A stretch of DNA of 64,000 bases from NCBI GenBank assembly GCA_963514005.1, contig OY740794.1, forward strand, positions 53,444,001-53,508,000. The letters are read 5' to 3'. A program made the position numbers and the translations under genes. The notes under the pieces were generated by a model. It was given only the letters and a program-made list of their open reading frames with translations. It ran no database searches and had not been told where the DNA came from. The DNA is from Raja brachyura. Taxonomy: Eukaryota. Of the stretch, positions 50,321 through 63,250 are shown piece by piece (positions within the stretch are counted from its first letter, which is position 1; each line of letters begins with the position of its first letter).

Positions 50321-53300
50321 GTCTGTCTTGAATCAAGTACATTTACACATTGCCCTCGCCTAAAGAGAATTATATTAAATGTAATTTTAGTACATAAACA
50401 CTGCCCAACTTATGCAATAGGCGACTTACAATAACTAACACTTATGTAAACAAATCTATACTCAGTCCCTGGTGCACTCAAGGCAGTTTGTAATTTCCAC
50501 AACACTGTACGATCGTTCAAGTTTACATCGGAAAGAAGCCAGCAATGGTGGCAGTGCACACCCAGAAAACCTTTAAGGTGAGAGGGACAAAGTTTAAACG
50601 AGATGTTAATGGCACTTTTTTATTTACTTTATATTTTATTTAGAAAAGAAGGTGATAAGTACCTGTAAAATGCTGCTGGGGATGATGGTGGAGGCAGATA
50701 CGACAGTGGCATTTGAGAGACTTATGTATGGGCAAATGGCTAATCAGAGAATGGAGGGATATGGGTCAGGTGCAAGAGATAAGAGTTGGTCTTGGCATCA
50801 TCTGTAGCACAGATATTGTGGGCCAAATGGCCTGTTCCTGTGCTGTTTTGTTCTATGCTCTATGCTCAATTAATCTACATAATCACCACTAATATTATTA
50901 TTCACTGAATAATTATAGATTTAAATTAGATCTTATTTCAATTACATGGAGTGTCATAAAGCACGATTGCATGGGAATAGATGCAAGCATCGTGACTGCC
51001 AGCATAATAACCCATGTAACGTGGGATGCAGCAACTTGTTTTCAATAAGATTCCATGTAAGAAAGTGTTGGCTAAAATTAAAATTCATGGCATTGGGTCA
51101 GACTGGGGACCAGGTTGGAAGATTGCCAAAGTGGTCAGAGAGATAGAACTGATGGGTACCTATTTGAATTGGAAGGAAGTCATTTGTGGTGTCCCAAATG
51201 CAACAGTGCTTAGGGCTCAATGACCTTTATTAATGACTGAAATAAACCAATAGAGAACCACGCAGCCATGTTTGCTGATGACACAGATGGCTGGGATGCT
51301 AAGTAGTGAAGATGCAAGATAGCATAACGAAGAATTATGTGAGTTGGAAAATATTGTGCAGATGGATTTCAATTTATTAATTATCAGGTTAGTCCCCCAG
51401 AATTTAGATTGCTAGGTTTTGGTTTGGCATGAATATTAAAGGCTAGAGGAAATAAAGTGAGGAAGCAGGGCTATGATTCTGTTCAGCCATAAAACAAAGT
51501 GAAAAGTAAAATCGACTTGAGGGTTTCAAACGCCTTTTCACATTATCTACATTCCTTTCAGAATTATTAAAACAATTTAATTATGCTGAGGACATGGAAT
51601 TGACACTTCACACTTACATTTAGCAACATTTTTTTAACATAAAGTGAGCTGCCGGAGGATGTAGTTGAGGCAGGTACTATCTTAACGTTTAAGAAACATT
51701 TAGACTGGTAGATAGACCTAGAATTCTGGTCGCAGTGGGATAAGCAGCATCTCTGGAGAGAAGGAATGAGTGATATTTCAGGTCGAGACCTTCTTCAGAC
51801 CCTGCTTGACCCGCAACATCACCAATTCCTTCCCTCCAGAGATGCTGCCTGTCCCGCTGAGTTACTCCAGCATTTTGTGTCTATCTTCGGTTTAAACCAG
51901 CATCTGCAGTTCCTTCCTACGCATTTAGACAGGTACTTGGATAGGACAAGTATAGAGGGATTTGGGACAAAAACAGGCAGGTGGGACTAGTGTAGATGGC
52001 ACATGTTGGTCGGTGTGGGCCAGTTGAGTTGAATGGCCTGTTTCCAGGCTGTATGAATCTATGTGAATTAGAATAAATATTTTGAAAATAGTACAACTTA
52101 ATACCAGCTTCACTCAGCGAAGATGGAATTGTTGCATTTTAACATACAGTGATGTGAAAGAATTAAAAAATATATATATTGGATCTGTGCCTCTGCCCAA
52201 GAGATTAACCCCAGAAACAAATGGTAATTTCAATTATTTTTCACAAGTAACCAGCTGACCTATTGGTTTGGCTGGAATTGGTGCTCTAGCTCTTTGGAAG
52301 TGTAATGCTGTCAGACAAGTGGAATTATTCCTGGAACTGCTCACAAATTGGACCAGTTTCGGGCATCAGGGACATAAGATCAAACTCTTGGAATATTGAT
52401 TCAAACAAGAAAATCACCGGGAGCTTAAAAAATAAATGGTAAACAAACTTAAGAATTTAAAAGGGCTGGAAATCAGTTATGGAAAATAAATCCCAACAAA
52501 ACTGTTTGCAATTAATTTGCCAAGAATGTATTTATTTACCCTAAAATAAAATTTCTTATCGTAGAATTGTTTCATGCAATTTCACACAGGCCAGTAGTAT
52601 GTCTCTATCAAAGGCCATGATTGTACCAATGACTGCTCAGTTACTGTGTGTTAAACAAAAGACATAAGCAATTTATACTTATCAGGCACATTTGAAAAGG
52701 AATATATGATTGGTTAAGAAGAAATGTGATACGGGTCCAACATTTAATTGGTGGCACCCTTAGTTCCAGAGCCTTGCCCTATGATCCGTTTTGCCTGACC
52801 AACAGAGGTCATGGCCTCGGGGAGGGGGCCAGATTTCGGCCGTAAAGTCGGCCATGGAAGCTATGAGAATGGATCTTCCAGCTCCAACTGCAGGCTGTAA
52901 ATGCGACCCGCCGATCGGCCGTGGAAGCTCCGATGAGGTTGAGATCAGCCACCTCACCCATCCTCAGTGCCACATCTTCAGGGAGGGGTGGGGGGACTTC
53001 CAGGGGGAGGGGGATTTCAAGTGCACTCTCATAATTTTTCGTAACAGATTAAAGGAGGTGCCGAACCACCAGCTGCTGCAAAATCAGTGCTGGGGCTGTA
53101 CTTGACTTAAAAGTTAACATTAGACTCCAAGTATATTCCATCGTAGCAATCCTTGTCACTAAATGGTGCGAGTCTATATTTATTATAGTTAGACATTTAG
53201 GGAGTTAAATACATGCAACTTGCTACTTTACTGCTTTTACAACACTCTAAAAATATTTTTTATCCAATAAAATAATTTTATGCAGTCGCGTGTATAAATA

Positions 53301-54498
53301 ATCAGATATGTTACTGTTATCTCGTGTTCCTAATCTTGCTTTCAGCCACTATATTTGTGCAAGTGTGCATTGTATTTAACAGAGGTTAACATATTGAACG
53401 TGTGATTGAGACTCTCCACTTCCTGCCAGAACAGGCATGCAATACTGCGGCATTAAGCATAACGTATCATAGGTAAGCTAATTTTTAGTCAACATGAATA
53501 TGGTTTGGAGATTTTCCATTCCAGTTTCATTCTCCTCTCAACATGATCTAGAATGTCATATTTTTTCCCCACCAAAAAATTTCTAACCCTCTCCTTATCC
53601 CCTCAGTAGAATTTGACCTAATTGCCTCTTGAATTGTCACAATTTGTAATATGGAAGAGCAGGATTTTAATCACAGGATGCATCAGAGCCTCACCAGGGG
53701 CCCACAGTTAGCAATAGCAGTCTGCACCAGGAACCTCGTATATTTTGGAAACAGATGTACAAGATTGATACAAAGTGCTGAAGTAACACGGCGGATCAGG
53801 CAGCATCCCTGGAGGAAAAAGAATGGGGTGACATTAGGGGTCGGGACCCTTCTTTGGACAAGGCTGAAGTGAACTGCTAAAGTAAGCTGCCCAACAATTC
53901 TTTATTCCAAATACCCAGGGCAGAAGGTGTGTTCATTCAAAGCGAAGTGTACATGGAGCATTCTCATAATGGTTACGCTATGAGGCTGGTAACCCACAGA
54001 GCCAGAAAAATCCCATTTAAATTCCACCAGAGTACCTTAAGAATTGGCAAACAAATCGCTGGAGTAACTCACTGCCAGCATCTGTGGAGGATAAAGGATG
54101 GGTGACCTTTTGGGTCGAGACCTGACAGGGTCATCGGGGCAGACAGTTCGGAGGAGAGACAGCCTGCAGGTAGAGGTAAGGAGATGGGGTGCGACAGGGG
54201 CTGGCAGGTGACAGGTGGAACCAGGTGGGGAGAGGGCTGCCGGGCAGGTGGAACCTGTTAGGGAAGGGAATGGGCAAGTGGTGGAGTAGACAGAGAACAG
54301 CCAGTGGAAGGTAAGATTGGATAAGGAAAGAGTAAACATTCTTCCCCTTTTCTTTCCTCTCTTCTTAGTTTCATCCTTCGCTTTTTGTTATTAAACACAA
54401 AAGTACAAAACAAGATGGTGTATATTCATACTATAACCTAGAACTACAAATCTTATCGCGTTAGTATCATAAAAAAGATTGCTTTTTATTTTCACATA

Positions 54499-55720
54499 CA
54501 GTGGCTTGCAAAAGTTTTCATATCCCTTGAACTTTTCCACATTTTGTCACGTTACAACCACAAACGTAAATGTATTTTATTGGGATTTTATGTGATAGAC
54601 CAACACAAAGTGGCGCATAATTGTGAAGTGGAAGGAAAATGATACATGGTTTTCAAATTTTTTTACAAATAAAAAACTGAAAAGTGTGGCGTGCTAAAGT
54701 ATTCAGCCCCCGAGTCAATACTTTGTAGAACCACCTTTCATTGCAAGACTTTTGGGGTATGTCTCTACTAGCTTTGCACATCTAGAGACTGAAATTTTTG
54801 CCCATTCGTCTTTGCAAAATAGCTCAAGCTCAGTCAGATTGGATGGAGAGCATCTGTGAACAGCAATTTTCAAGTCTTGCCAGAGATTCTCAATTGGATT
54901 TAGGTCTGGACTTTGACTGGGCTATTCTAACACATGAATATGCTTTGATATAAACCATTCCACTGTAGCTCTGGCTGTATGTTTAGGGTCATTGTCCTGC
55001 TGGAAGGTGAACCTCCGCCCCAGTCTCAAGTCTTTTGCAGACTCTAACAGGTTTTCTTCCAAGATTGCCCTGTATTTGGCTCCATCCATCTTCCCATCAA
55101 CTCTGACCAGCTTCCCTGTCCCTGCTGAAGAAAAGCATCCCCACAGCATGATGCTGCCACCACCACGTTTCACAGTGGGGATGGTGTGTTCAGGGTGATG
55201 TGCAGTGTTAGTTTTCCGCCACACATAGCATCTTGCATTTAGGCCAAAAACTTCAATTTTGGTCTCATCAGACCAGAGCACCTTCCTCCACATGTTTGCT
55301 GTGTCCCCCACATGGCTTGTGGCAAACTGCAAACGGGACTTCTTATGGCTTTGTTTCAACAATGGCTTTCTTCTTGCCACTCTTCCATAAAGGCCCGATT
55401 TGTGGAGTGCATGACTAGATTACACACAAGTGGACTCTATTTACTAATTAGGTGACTTCTGAAGGCAATTGGTTGCACTGGATTTTATTTTGGGGTACCA
55501 GAGTAAAGGGGGCTGAATACTTTTGCACGCCACACTTTTCATTTTTTTATTTGTAAAAAAATTTGAAAACCATGTATCATTTTCCTTCCACTTCACAATT
55601 ATGCGCCACTTTGTTTCCGTCTAACATATAAAATCCCAATAAAATACATTTACGTTTGTGGTTCTAAGGTGACAAAATGTGGAAAAGTTCAAGGGGTATG
55701 AAAACTTTTGCAAGCTACTG
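54499..55720 (-). mobile_element. Tc1/mariner DNA transposon with ~210-bp IR/DR termini, internally deleted
   Basis: TA|CAGTGGCTTGCAAAAG ... CTTTTGCAAGCTACTG|TC; inner direct repeat AAAGTATTCAGCCCC. Confidence 0.95.
54760..55415 (-). pseudogene. Tc1 transposase DDE-domain fragment
   Basis: [28 protein letters not shown], then stop and PSQSPDLNPIENLW; N-terminal HTH deleted. Confidence 0.93.
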
Positions 55721-55814
55721 TCTCCATGTGAAGGTGTTCCACCACCGATCTCTGTGGCATGGTAGACAGCAGCAGTTCACAAAATCCTACGCTAGTACAT
55801 CACTAGATGTAAGA

Positions 55815-55868
55815 GGGGTGGAAGATTGCAACCTTCACGTGGTCCGCCGTGTTTCAACTAATGCAATC
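55815..55868 (+). ncRNA. Minimal HDV-like ribozyme fold (one P1 mismatch, J4/2 CUAA)
   Basis: P1 GGGGUGG/CCGCCGU, P2 GAUUGCA/UGCAAUC, P3 ACC/GGU, L3 UUCACGU, J4/2 CUAA. Confidence 0.75.
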
Positions 55869-55953
55869 AACTCGACGTGCACAAACGGAAGATCAAATAG
55901 AACAAGTTGTCCAACAACTTTAGGCTGTGCACGCCACATGAAAGAAGAAGAAG
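55815..55953 (+). mobile_element. ~140-bp HDV-ribozyme-headed retroposon, copy 2
   Basis: TSD ACTAGATGTAAG at 55802-55813 and 55954-55965; same 5' start and (GAA)n tail as copy 1. Confidence 0.88.
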
Positions 55954-56988
55954 ACTAGATGTAAGTGACATCTTAGCTACATCTGAAGACAGACATAAAA
56001 TGCTGGAATAACTCAGTGGGACAGGCAGCATCTCCGGAGAAAAGGAATAAGTGACGTTTTGGGTCAAGACCCTTCTTCAGACTGAGTGTCAGGGGAGAGG
56101 GAAACTGAGAGGGAACCAGTCTGTGGCGCCCCCTCCTTGAACAGCTGATCCCATTTCTTCCTGTAATGCAGATGTTTCTGCAAAGATGTGCTCTGATTCA
56201 CTGTCTATATCCTGATCTGGTTCTCATTATCGCAGTAATATTTCCACATCCAAAAACAACTGATAAATCATCTTGAATTTCAAACTGAAGCAGCAGGCAA
56301 AGATGTTCGTGGAAATTGACGCAAAATGCTGGAGTAACTCGTCAGGTCAGGCAGCATCACTGGTGAAGAGGAGGAGGTGATGTTTCGGGTTGGAACCCTT
56401 CTTCAGACTGAAGGCCAAAGATGTTCAGTTTAGTTTAGTTTAGTTTAGTTTAGAGATACAGCATGGAAACAGGCTGTTCGGCCCACCGAGAAAAGACACA
56501 AAAAGCTGGAGTAACTCAGCGGATCAGACAGCATCTCTGGAGAAAAGGAATAGGTGACATTTTGGGTCACGATCCTTCTTCAGATGGCATCTGCATCTGC
56601 AGTTCCTTCCTACACCTTTGGCCCACAGAATCCATGCTGACCATAGATCACCCATTCTCACTAGCTCAATCTTATCCTGCTTCCTCATCCATTCAATACA
56701 TACTAGGGAGTAATTTACAGAGGCTGATTAACGTACAAACCTTCATGTCTTTGGGAAGTGGGAGGAAACCGGAGCACCAGGCGGAAACCCATACGGTCAC
56801 AGGAAGAACATGCAAACTCCACACAGACAGTACCTGAGGACAGGATCAAACCTGAGTCTCTGGCGTTGTGAGTAGCAGCTCTGCCAGCTGTGACACAATG
56901 CCATCAATTTTTAAATGTCAAGAATATTTTCAATGAAGACTCAGCTAAATGGGGTGGCTTGTGCTTTTAATTACATACAACTATAGAT

Positions 56989-57280
56989 GGCCGCACAGTA
57001 GCGCAGTGGTAGAGTTGCTGCCTTACAGCGCCAGAGACCCGGGTTCCATGCGGGCTGTCTGTACGGAGTTTGTACATTCTGCCTGTGACTGCGTGGCTTT
57101 TCTCCGGGTGCTCTGATTTCCTCCCACACTCCAAATATGTACAGGTTTGTAGGTTAATTGGCTTCAGAATAATTGTAAATTGTCCCAGGCATGTAGAATA
57201 GTGTTAGTGTACGGGGTGATTGCTGGTCAGCGCGGGCTCGGTGGGCCGAAGGGCCTGTTTCTACTCTGTATCTCTAAATA
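56989..57280 (+). mobile_element. Full-length tRNA-derived V-SINE (HE1-like)
   Basis: tRNA-like head, central TTTCCTCCCACACTCCAAA core, CR1-like tail GGGCCGAAGGGCCTGTTTC..TGTATCTCTAAA. Confidence 0.88.
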
Positions 57281-58331
57281 ATGGCTGTCTCAACACTGGC
57301 AGCAACATGGCTTTAGCCAGCAGGGAAGAGACAATTCTGACTCTGAGAATCATTCTAGCATTTTCAAAGGATATCTTCATGCAGAAACTTTAAAAGACAA
57401 GAATGTTATTCCCATTTGGGAAGGGATATTTTCTAACACCATACTGACAGCGTTATAAAACTGACAATCTATTCGGTAATACTCATGAGATTTGTTTTCA
57501 AAGCCCATTTCTCGCAAAGGAATGACAAAAAGTAAAGTACAAATTGCAGACAATAAATCCTCTGGTCTTTCACGCTGGAGTTAATTAGGTGTCTCAGTTC
57601 TGTAAGGGAACAACATAAATCTCACGTTGCCCCATTTGAATGCTTAATAAAGTTTTTGCATTCCTGTTTTGGAGCGAGCAGGCCAGAAGACATCTCTGTA
57701 AAATGGAACAGGAGTCAGTGAGTTATTTAAGTATTTGTCTCTGGCACTAAAGTATGGAACTCTTCAACTTTCCATTTTTCATTCCTTGCTCTAATATCCA
57801 GGTAATGCATTTTTCATTTTATTCCAATCCTTGCTTTGCAAGGCAGACTCTTGCAAAGCATCATCCATTTAATATTTCCCCCTCCTATCGTCTTTGAAAA
57901 CTTTCAAAAGTTCTCTTGTACTACGTCAAATATAGAGCGGACCTCCTATCAGTCTTCTCGTGCAAGTGTTCCTTCACTTACATTTTGCATTCATTCAAGT
58001 CAAATAAATCATTCTACCTAATCTATCTTCATAATGTAAAAGCACATTATGGTACCCAAAGGACTGGATGCTGACCCCTGGATGGGTTAATTTAATTGCA
58101 ATCACACACACTTAAACTTGCAGAGGAAGAATCCATACAGAAATGCATGCAATGGATTTTTTTTATGCACAAAGTTCTGTGAATTGTGTGACATCTTTAA
58201 AAAGGAGTGTTAGCACCCATTACTCCAATGATTTTACTGTTCTAAACTTGTATTAATTTATTGCAACAAACTTTAATTACACTGCCCGTTGTTTTTTACT
58301 CTTGAGCATGTCCTAATCCAAATCCCATATT

Positions 58332-58501
58332 CGTTAAGAAGGAACTGCAGGTGCTGGAGTAACTCAGTGGGACAGGCCGCATCTCTGGAGAAAAAGGATG
58401 GGTGTCGAGAAGGATACCCGACCCAAAACGTCACCCATCATTTTTCCCCAGAGATGCTGTCTGAGTAACCCACTGAGTTACTCTGGCACTTTGTGTCTAT
58501 C
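58332..58501. mobile_element. Fold-back Penelope-derived mini-element
   Basis: Inverted halves; TSD TCCCATATT 58323-58331 and 58502-58510. Similar fold-backs at ~1945-2150 and ~51745-51920. Confidence 0.8.
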
Positions 58502-58708
58502 TCCCATATTTGATAACCTGGCAGTTGGGGTGTTTTCTCCTTGCCTCACTCAGGTGCCTAGATCTTGCTAGCAAATGCCAAAAATCTTGAGCAGAATCAC
58601 CACCATTTAACAGTTAAAATGGAAGCAAGTCTGGAAATGCCATGCACGCATCATTAAATGCACTAGCTCCAAACTTACTGACTGATTCAAAACATCATTT
58701 CACCTCAT

Positions 58709-59178
58709 TTAAAACAAAAATTTGTATTCAAAAAATGTATTCAATTATTTAAAAAAATAATATTTACACTGCAATATAACAAACCAGAACCCACCGTCAT
58801 AATACAATACAAACAAATATCCTTAATAAACAACTGTACAATTATCTTACACTCCTTATCAAGGATGCATTCAACACCCTGCGGAGCCCAGCGGTCCCGG
58901 AACTCCCCCAGGGAGCCCGTGGACAGGGCGTATTCCCTTTCCAACCCCACCCTGACGTAACCCCGGAAAAGGGGCAGGCAGTTGGCTCGGGTAAAGCCCT
59001 CCACCGCCTGCCGTCATGACTCACGGATGGCTAGCCTGGCCAGGCCCAAGATCAACCCAACCAGGACATCTTCGGCCCTACCCTCTCCCCTATGCACAGG
59101 GTGTCCAAAGATGAGGATGGTGGGTGAAAAATGCAGCCAGAAGGCAAGGAGCAGCCCCTTTAGGTATTCAAACAGTGG
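58709..59178 (-). mobile_element. Tx1-type non-LTR retrotransposon 3' fragment
   Basis: PLFEYLKGLLLAFWLHFSPTILIFG..LGLARLAI..FRDRWAPQGVEC; TSD CATCATTTCA(C/T)CTCAT 58693-58708 and 59179-59194. Confidence 0.85.
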
Positions 59179-60712
59179 CATCATTTCATCTCATGGGTGG
59201 ATCCAGATGAGGTCCAGCAACAGAATGACATCTTCTTGATAAGCCCTAAATATGCACTGTTGGAAATAGGGTCCTGCACCAGATTAAATCCTGGTTCAGA
59301 ATCTTGAAATATGTTGATTTCAAAGGCGATAATTGGGTTGCGAAGAAGAAAGCACCATAGAGAAATTATTTGTGCTCTTCACATCCATACCAGGTAACTA
59401 TAGGCAAAGGGTGACTGCAGATATCCTGTGAAGTTGTGGATGCATGCAAGCAAGATCTATTAGGAACATTCTTCCTAGTGGATCACAGCAAAGATGTACA
59501 TCATTTATTTGAAGTATTTAAACATCTGATGGAAGACATTATCTAGTGGTTGCAAATATATTTGAATTAAATTAAAAGAGCTGAAGGATACAGGCCCTTC
59601 AGCCTACTAAGTTCATGCCGGCCATCGGTCATCATTCACACAAGTTGTGCGTTATTCCACTTTCATATCCCCCCCCCCCCACACACTTGGATAATTTACA
59701 GAGGTCAATTAACCGACATATCCACAAATCTTTGGGATGTGGGAGGAAACCGGAGACCCTGGAGGAAATCCATGGGAGAACGGGAAAACACCACACAGAC
59801 AGCACCCGAGTTCAGAATTGAACCTGTGAGGCAGCATCTCTTTCAGCTGCGCCAATGTGCTGTCCATTTTCTGAATGACAATTCAAGGCCAATACTTCCT
59901 TATTCATCATTTCCTAGCAGAGACAGAGATCTATTGTCCACTGATAAAACATAAAACAGTACAGCACTGGAACAGGCCCTTCGGCCCACAGTGTCTGATG
60001 CAAGACCAACTCATATCTGCCTGCATGCGATCCATAGCCCTCCATGTCCACATGACTATCCAAAAGTCTCATAAATGCCAATATTGTATCTGTCTCAGTC
60101 ACTACTCTCGGCAACATGTTTCAGGCACTCAGGACACACTGTGTAAAATCTTTGCCCTGCACATTTCCTTTAAACTTTGCACCTCTCACCTTAAAACACC
60201 TTAAAAAATGTATTTGATGTTTCCATCCTGGGAAAAATGGTTCTGACTGCACATGTTCATCTGTATATGCTTACTCCACTGTTACTAAGCTTCAAGAGTG
60301 CTTATTCATCATATGCACTGATTGTGAACTGGAACAATTAAATGCTTACTTCAACAGCTTAATTGGCACATTACACACAACAACATATGCAATAAATTAT
60401 CAGTTGTTCGAAGCAAGGTAGACCAAGATCGTAGTAGGACAAGTCCACAGTGGTTCAGTGCTGAGTTAGGGTTAAGGTTGTGCAGGGTGGTTCAAGAACC
60501 TGATGGAGGATGTAAGGAAGCTGTTCTTGAACCTGGAGGTACCTGGAGGAACAGCACTTAGGCTCCTGTATCTTATTCCTGATGATAACAACGAGAAGAG
60601 AACATCACCACGGTGGTCTCTTTGCCAGTGGCAGGTACCATATTCCAAAATGTTTTACCATGTCACTCCCTTTTCTGCTGGTTCAAGATCTGCTTAAAAG
60701 GAAATTATGACA

Positions 60713-61130
60713 CCTCTAAGATATAAGATTCCTCCTAGCAGGCAAATCAGACCATTTCCAAAAGATTTGGTCTCCATTTATCGACTTATCACAAGCATAG
60801 GGTGCAACCTGGTGAGGGGTGTGTAAAGATACGAAGTAGGTACATCCCTTTTATCTTATCTTATTTTACTTTCTTATATTATCTGTCTTCTATTTTTCTC
60901 GTTCTTTTTCTTTGATTTTCTTTTTTATTCTTTCTTGTGTTTTACGTTTCTACGGGTTCTTCCTGATCACTCTCTCACGCACTTATCTACCTTATCTAAC
61001 TCTCTCTATTCTTCTTCTTCTTAAAGTTTAAAATAAGAAGTGGTACAGGGAATGTATTATGTTATTTTTGGCTTATATCATTGTAATGAACATTACTTCT
61101 AATAAATAAAATTTAAAAAATAAAATAAAA
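60713..61130 (+). mobile_element. 5'-truncated L1-type insertion
   Basis: 17-bp TSD AAAAGGAAATTATGACA (60696-60712, 61131-61147) at a TT/AAAA site; ORF2 end IRFLLAGKSDHFQKIWSPFID; AATAAA and A-rich tail. Confidence 0.88.
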
Positions 61131-62234
61131 AAAAGGAAATTATGACATTTCACCCCAAGCGAGCTAACGGAAGTAGATCAGGCCGCAGTGACAGCAGGGC
61201 TGCTGGTATTTTGCAACAAGTTGACCACAATTAGGGCAGCACGGTGGCGCAGCTTGGAGAGCTGCTGCCTCACAGCACCAGAGACCCGGGTTTGATCCCG
61301 ACCTCAGGTGCCGTCTGTGTGGAGTTTGCACGTTCTCCCTGTGACCGAATGGGTTTCCTCTGGGTACTTTGGTTTCCTTCCACATCTCACAGATGTGTGG
61401 CGTTGTGGGGAGTGCACCGGAAAGTGGGATAACATTCCAAGCAGCAATCAAACTATTTATCTCCTACTATTCACAGATCAAAACATTTTTTAAAACTCTC
61501 CGAAACAACACGCAACAAAAATCCAAGTCCCCAAATTGTACAAATGGTTCATTATTGCTCATGAATTCATCTGAAGCTTGTCTTGTTAAAAAGTAAATTT
61601 AGTTAAATTAAAAACCTTTTAATGGAAGCCATTGAAAATACTGTGTTTTTTTTAAGTGGAAACATTTGCTGTTCTCTCACCAAGGAAGCATATTTGTATT
61701 TTTTCTTCAAAATAATGTATTTTGTAAATTACTGTAAATATACCAAAGATACGTAAATGTCATGGGGGAAACACCTCGGTTGGGATTGTATTTCAACGTG
61801 AGTTACCACAATGGTCTTGACCTTTGATATTAAAGTGCTCTAGGAAGCGACATCAACAACAAAATCTGAGCTACAAACTATTCCGAGAAAACGACAGACT
61901 TAACTAGAAAAATATAAGAGCTGTGCTTTTTCTAACGCGGAACTGGTTGTCTATTCAAAGTTCACTCCTCACGCAGGAGTTTCCCGTGGAATTCACTCGC
62001 TGTAATTTGGAGAGAGCAGTGAGTCGAAGCGAAAAGCCCAACGTCCCCTGGTACCCATGCCTACAGTGGTGTGATGGCACTTTTTTCACAAATTAAGAGC
62101 CTTTAAGCAAAAAACCACAAAAGTCGAGGTTTATGCAGGTCGACCTTTTTCCCTTATTATGCATTTGTTTTGAGAGGCAGTTAATGCATCCACAATGCTG
62201 CGTGATCAAACTTTCCTAACTTTTGTAACTTCTC

Positions 62235-62580
62235 TTGACTTCTACAACTTCAAGTAACCCTTGCTTTCCCTCTCTCTCTCCATCCTCCCCCCTTCCCAAT
62301 TCTCCGACCAGTCTGACCGTCTCCCTGATTACATTTTATCTCTGTTCGCTTTGTTGTCATCTTCTCCCAGCTAACAATGGTCGATTCTACACCTTCCTTG
62401 AACCTCATCTCTTTTGATGTCACGTTTTGACACCTCCTCCTTCCTTATCGCTGTGTCTCCCTCACCCCTGACTCTTAACCTCTGAAGAAGGGTCTCGACC
62501 CGAACCCGAAAGGGTCACCCATTCCTTCTATCCAGAGATCCTTGCTGCCTGTCCCGCTGAGTTACACAAGCATTTTGTGA
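62235..62580 (+). mobile_element. Penelope-derived terminal unit ending ~50 bp from the exon-1 donor
   Basis: Same family as 38015/40491; degenerate CTGAAGAAGGGTCTCGACCCGAA core at ~62482. Confidence 0.8.
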
Positions 62581-62628
62581 CCGTTTCCTTCTCGAAAGAC
62601 ATGTCACCATTCACTAAAGATCACTCAC

Positions 62629-62736
62629 CGTTATCAGCGATGCTCTTTTGAAGGCGACGGGAGCACTCTGTCTCATTTCAGTGGCCGTGCCGGGTTTGAA
62701 TCGACCTCTGGCGAAGCGGCGACTGCTCTCTGCCAT
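62629..62736 (-). CDS. dock10: First coding exon of a DOCK-D (zizimin: DOCK9/10/11) Rho-GEF gene, most like DOCK10 isoform 1
   Basis: Strong Kozak ACAATGG; 36 codons MAESSRRFARGRFKPGTATEMRQSAPVAFKRASLIT; perfect phase-0 donor ACG|GTGAGT. Matches the recalled DOCK9/11 N-terminal motif RKF..KPGTAAELRQS and DOCK10 RRF..RPGQAAELRHSA. Paralogue assignment is less certain than family. Confidence 0.8.
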
Positions 62737-63250
62737 TGTCGTTCCTCTCTCTGGCAGATTAAAACCATGCGAAAGGGGTGTCACACGCAGTCTGGAGCTG
62801 GCAAGTCACTCACTTTGCAGTTCACACCAGCCAGGAAGCGGAAACCCAGCGCAAGTGACAAGGGCATCTGTGCTCTGTTCAATAAACAGCCATCAATCGG
62901 AGATAACATCAACTCCGTGAACACATTGCCCGTCTGCCACCGTGTGATTCCACCAAGACATGACCCCTTGTCATACCTTCACACACTTTTTTTCGGTACA
63001 ACTCTTTTTTTTTAAATCAACAATTGGCTAGAGTAAAGCAAGTTTGCAAGGCATCTCAACTTTGAATTTTGCCTTTCGAAGGTAATTCCCAAATATAGCA
63101 ATGAAATGTGGTTTAAGTCATACTGCATTTATTAGCACTGACACCTAATGTAGCAACACCCATCTAATCTGGGACTGGGACCCACAACTTCATGTCATTC
63201 TTTAAATCCAACTTTTTCAATAGTTTGCGCCACCTAGCGATAGTTCTCTT
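62737..63250 (-). promoter_or_regulatory. Putative promoter/5' UTR of the DOCK-D gene
   Basis: Non-repeat, locally CpG-enriched sequence upstream of the ATG; tandem ETS cores GGAAGCGGAA 62834-62843; RUNX-type TGTGGTT 63107-63113. Confidence 0.5.
63227..63240 (-). promoter_or_regulatory. CTCF-like motif
   Basis: Minus strand TCGCTAGGTGGCGC, close to the CTCF core consensus, ~500 bp upstream of the ATG. Confidence 0.45.

Noticed and set aside
56989-57060. tRNA genes
   Set aside because: tRNA-like sequences are SINE heads continuous with the V-SINE core.
37340-62000. Other splice-like segments (~37355-37426, 42209-42298, 42381-42478, 44591-44673, 57626-57695, 61973-61999)
   Set aside because: Weak or conflicting sites and no recognisable peptide; expected by chance in 60 kb.
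1-62628. DOCK exon 2 (EPLDYE) or a DOCK10.2-type alternative first exon
   Set aside because: Not found by eye; probably outside the window, though a diverged small exon could be missed.
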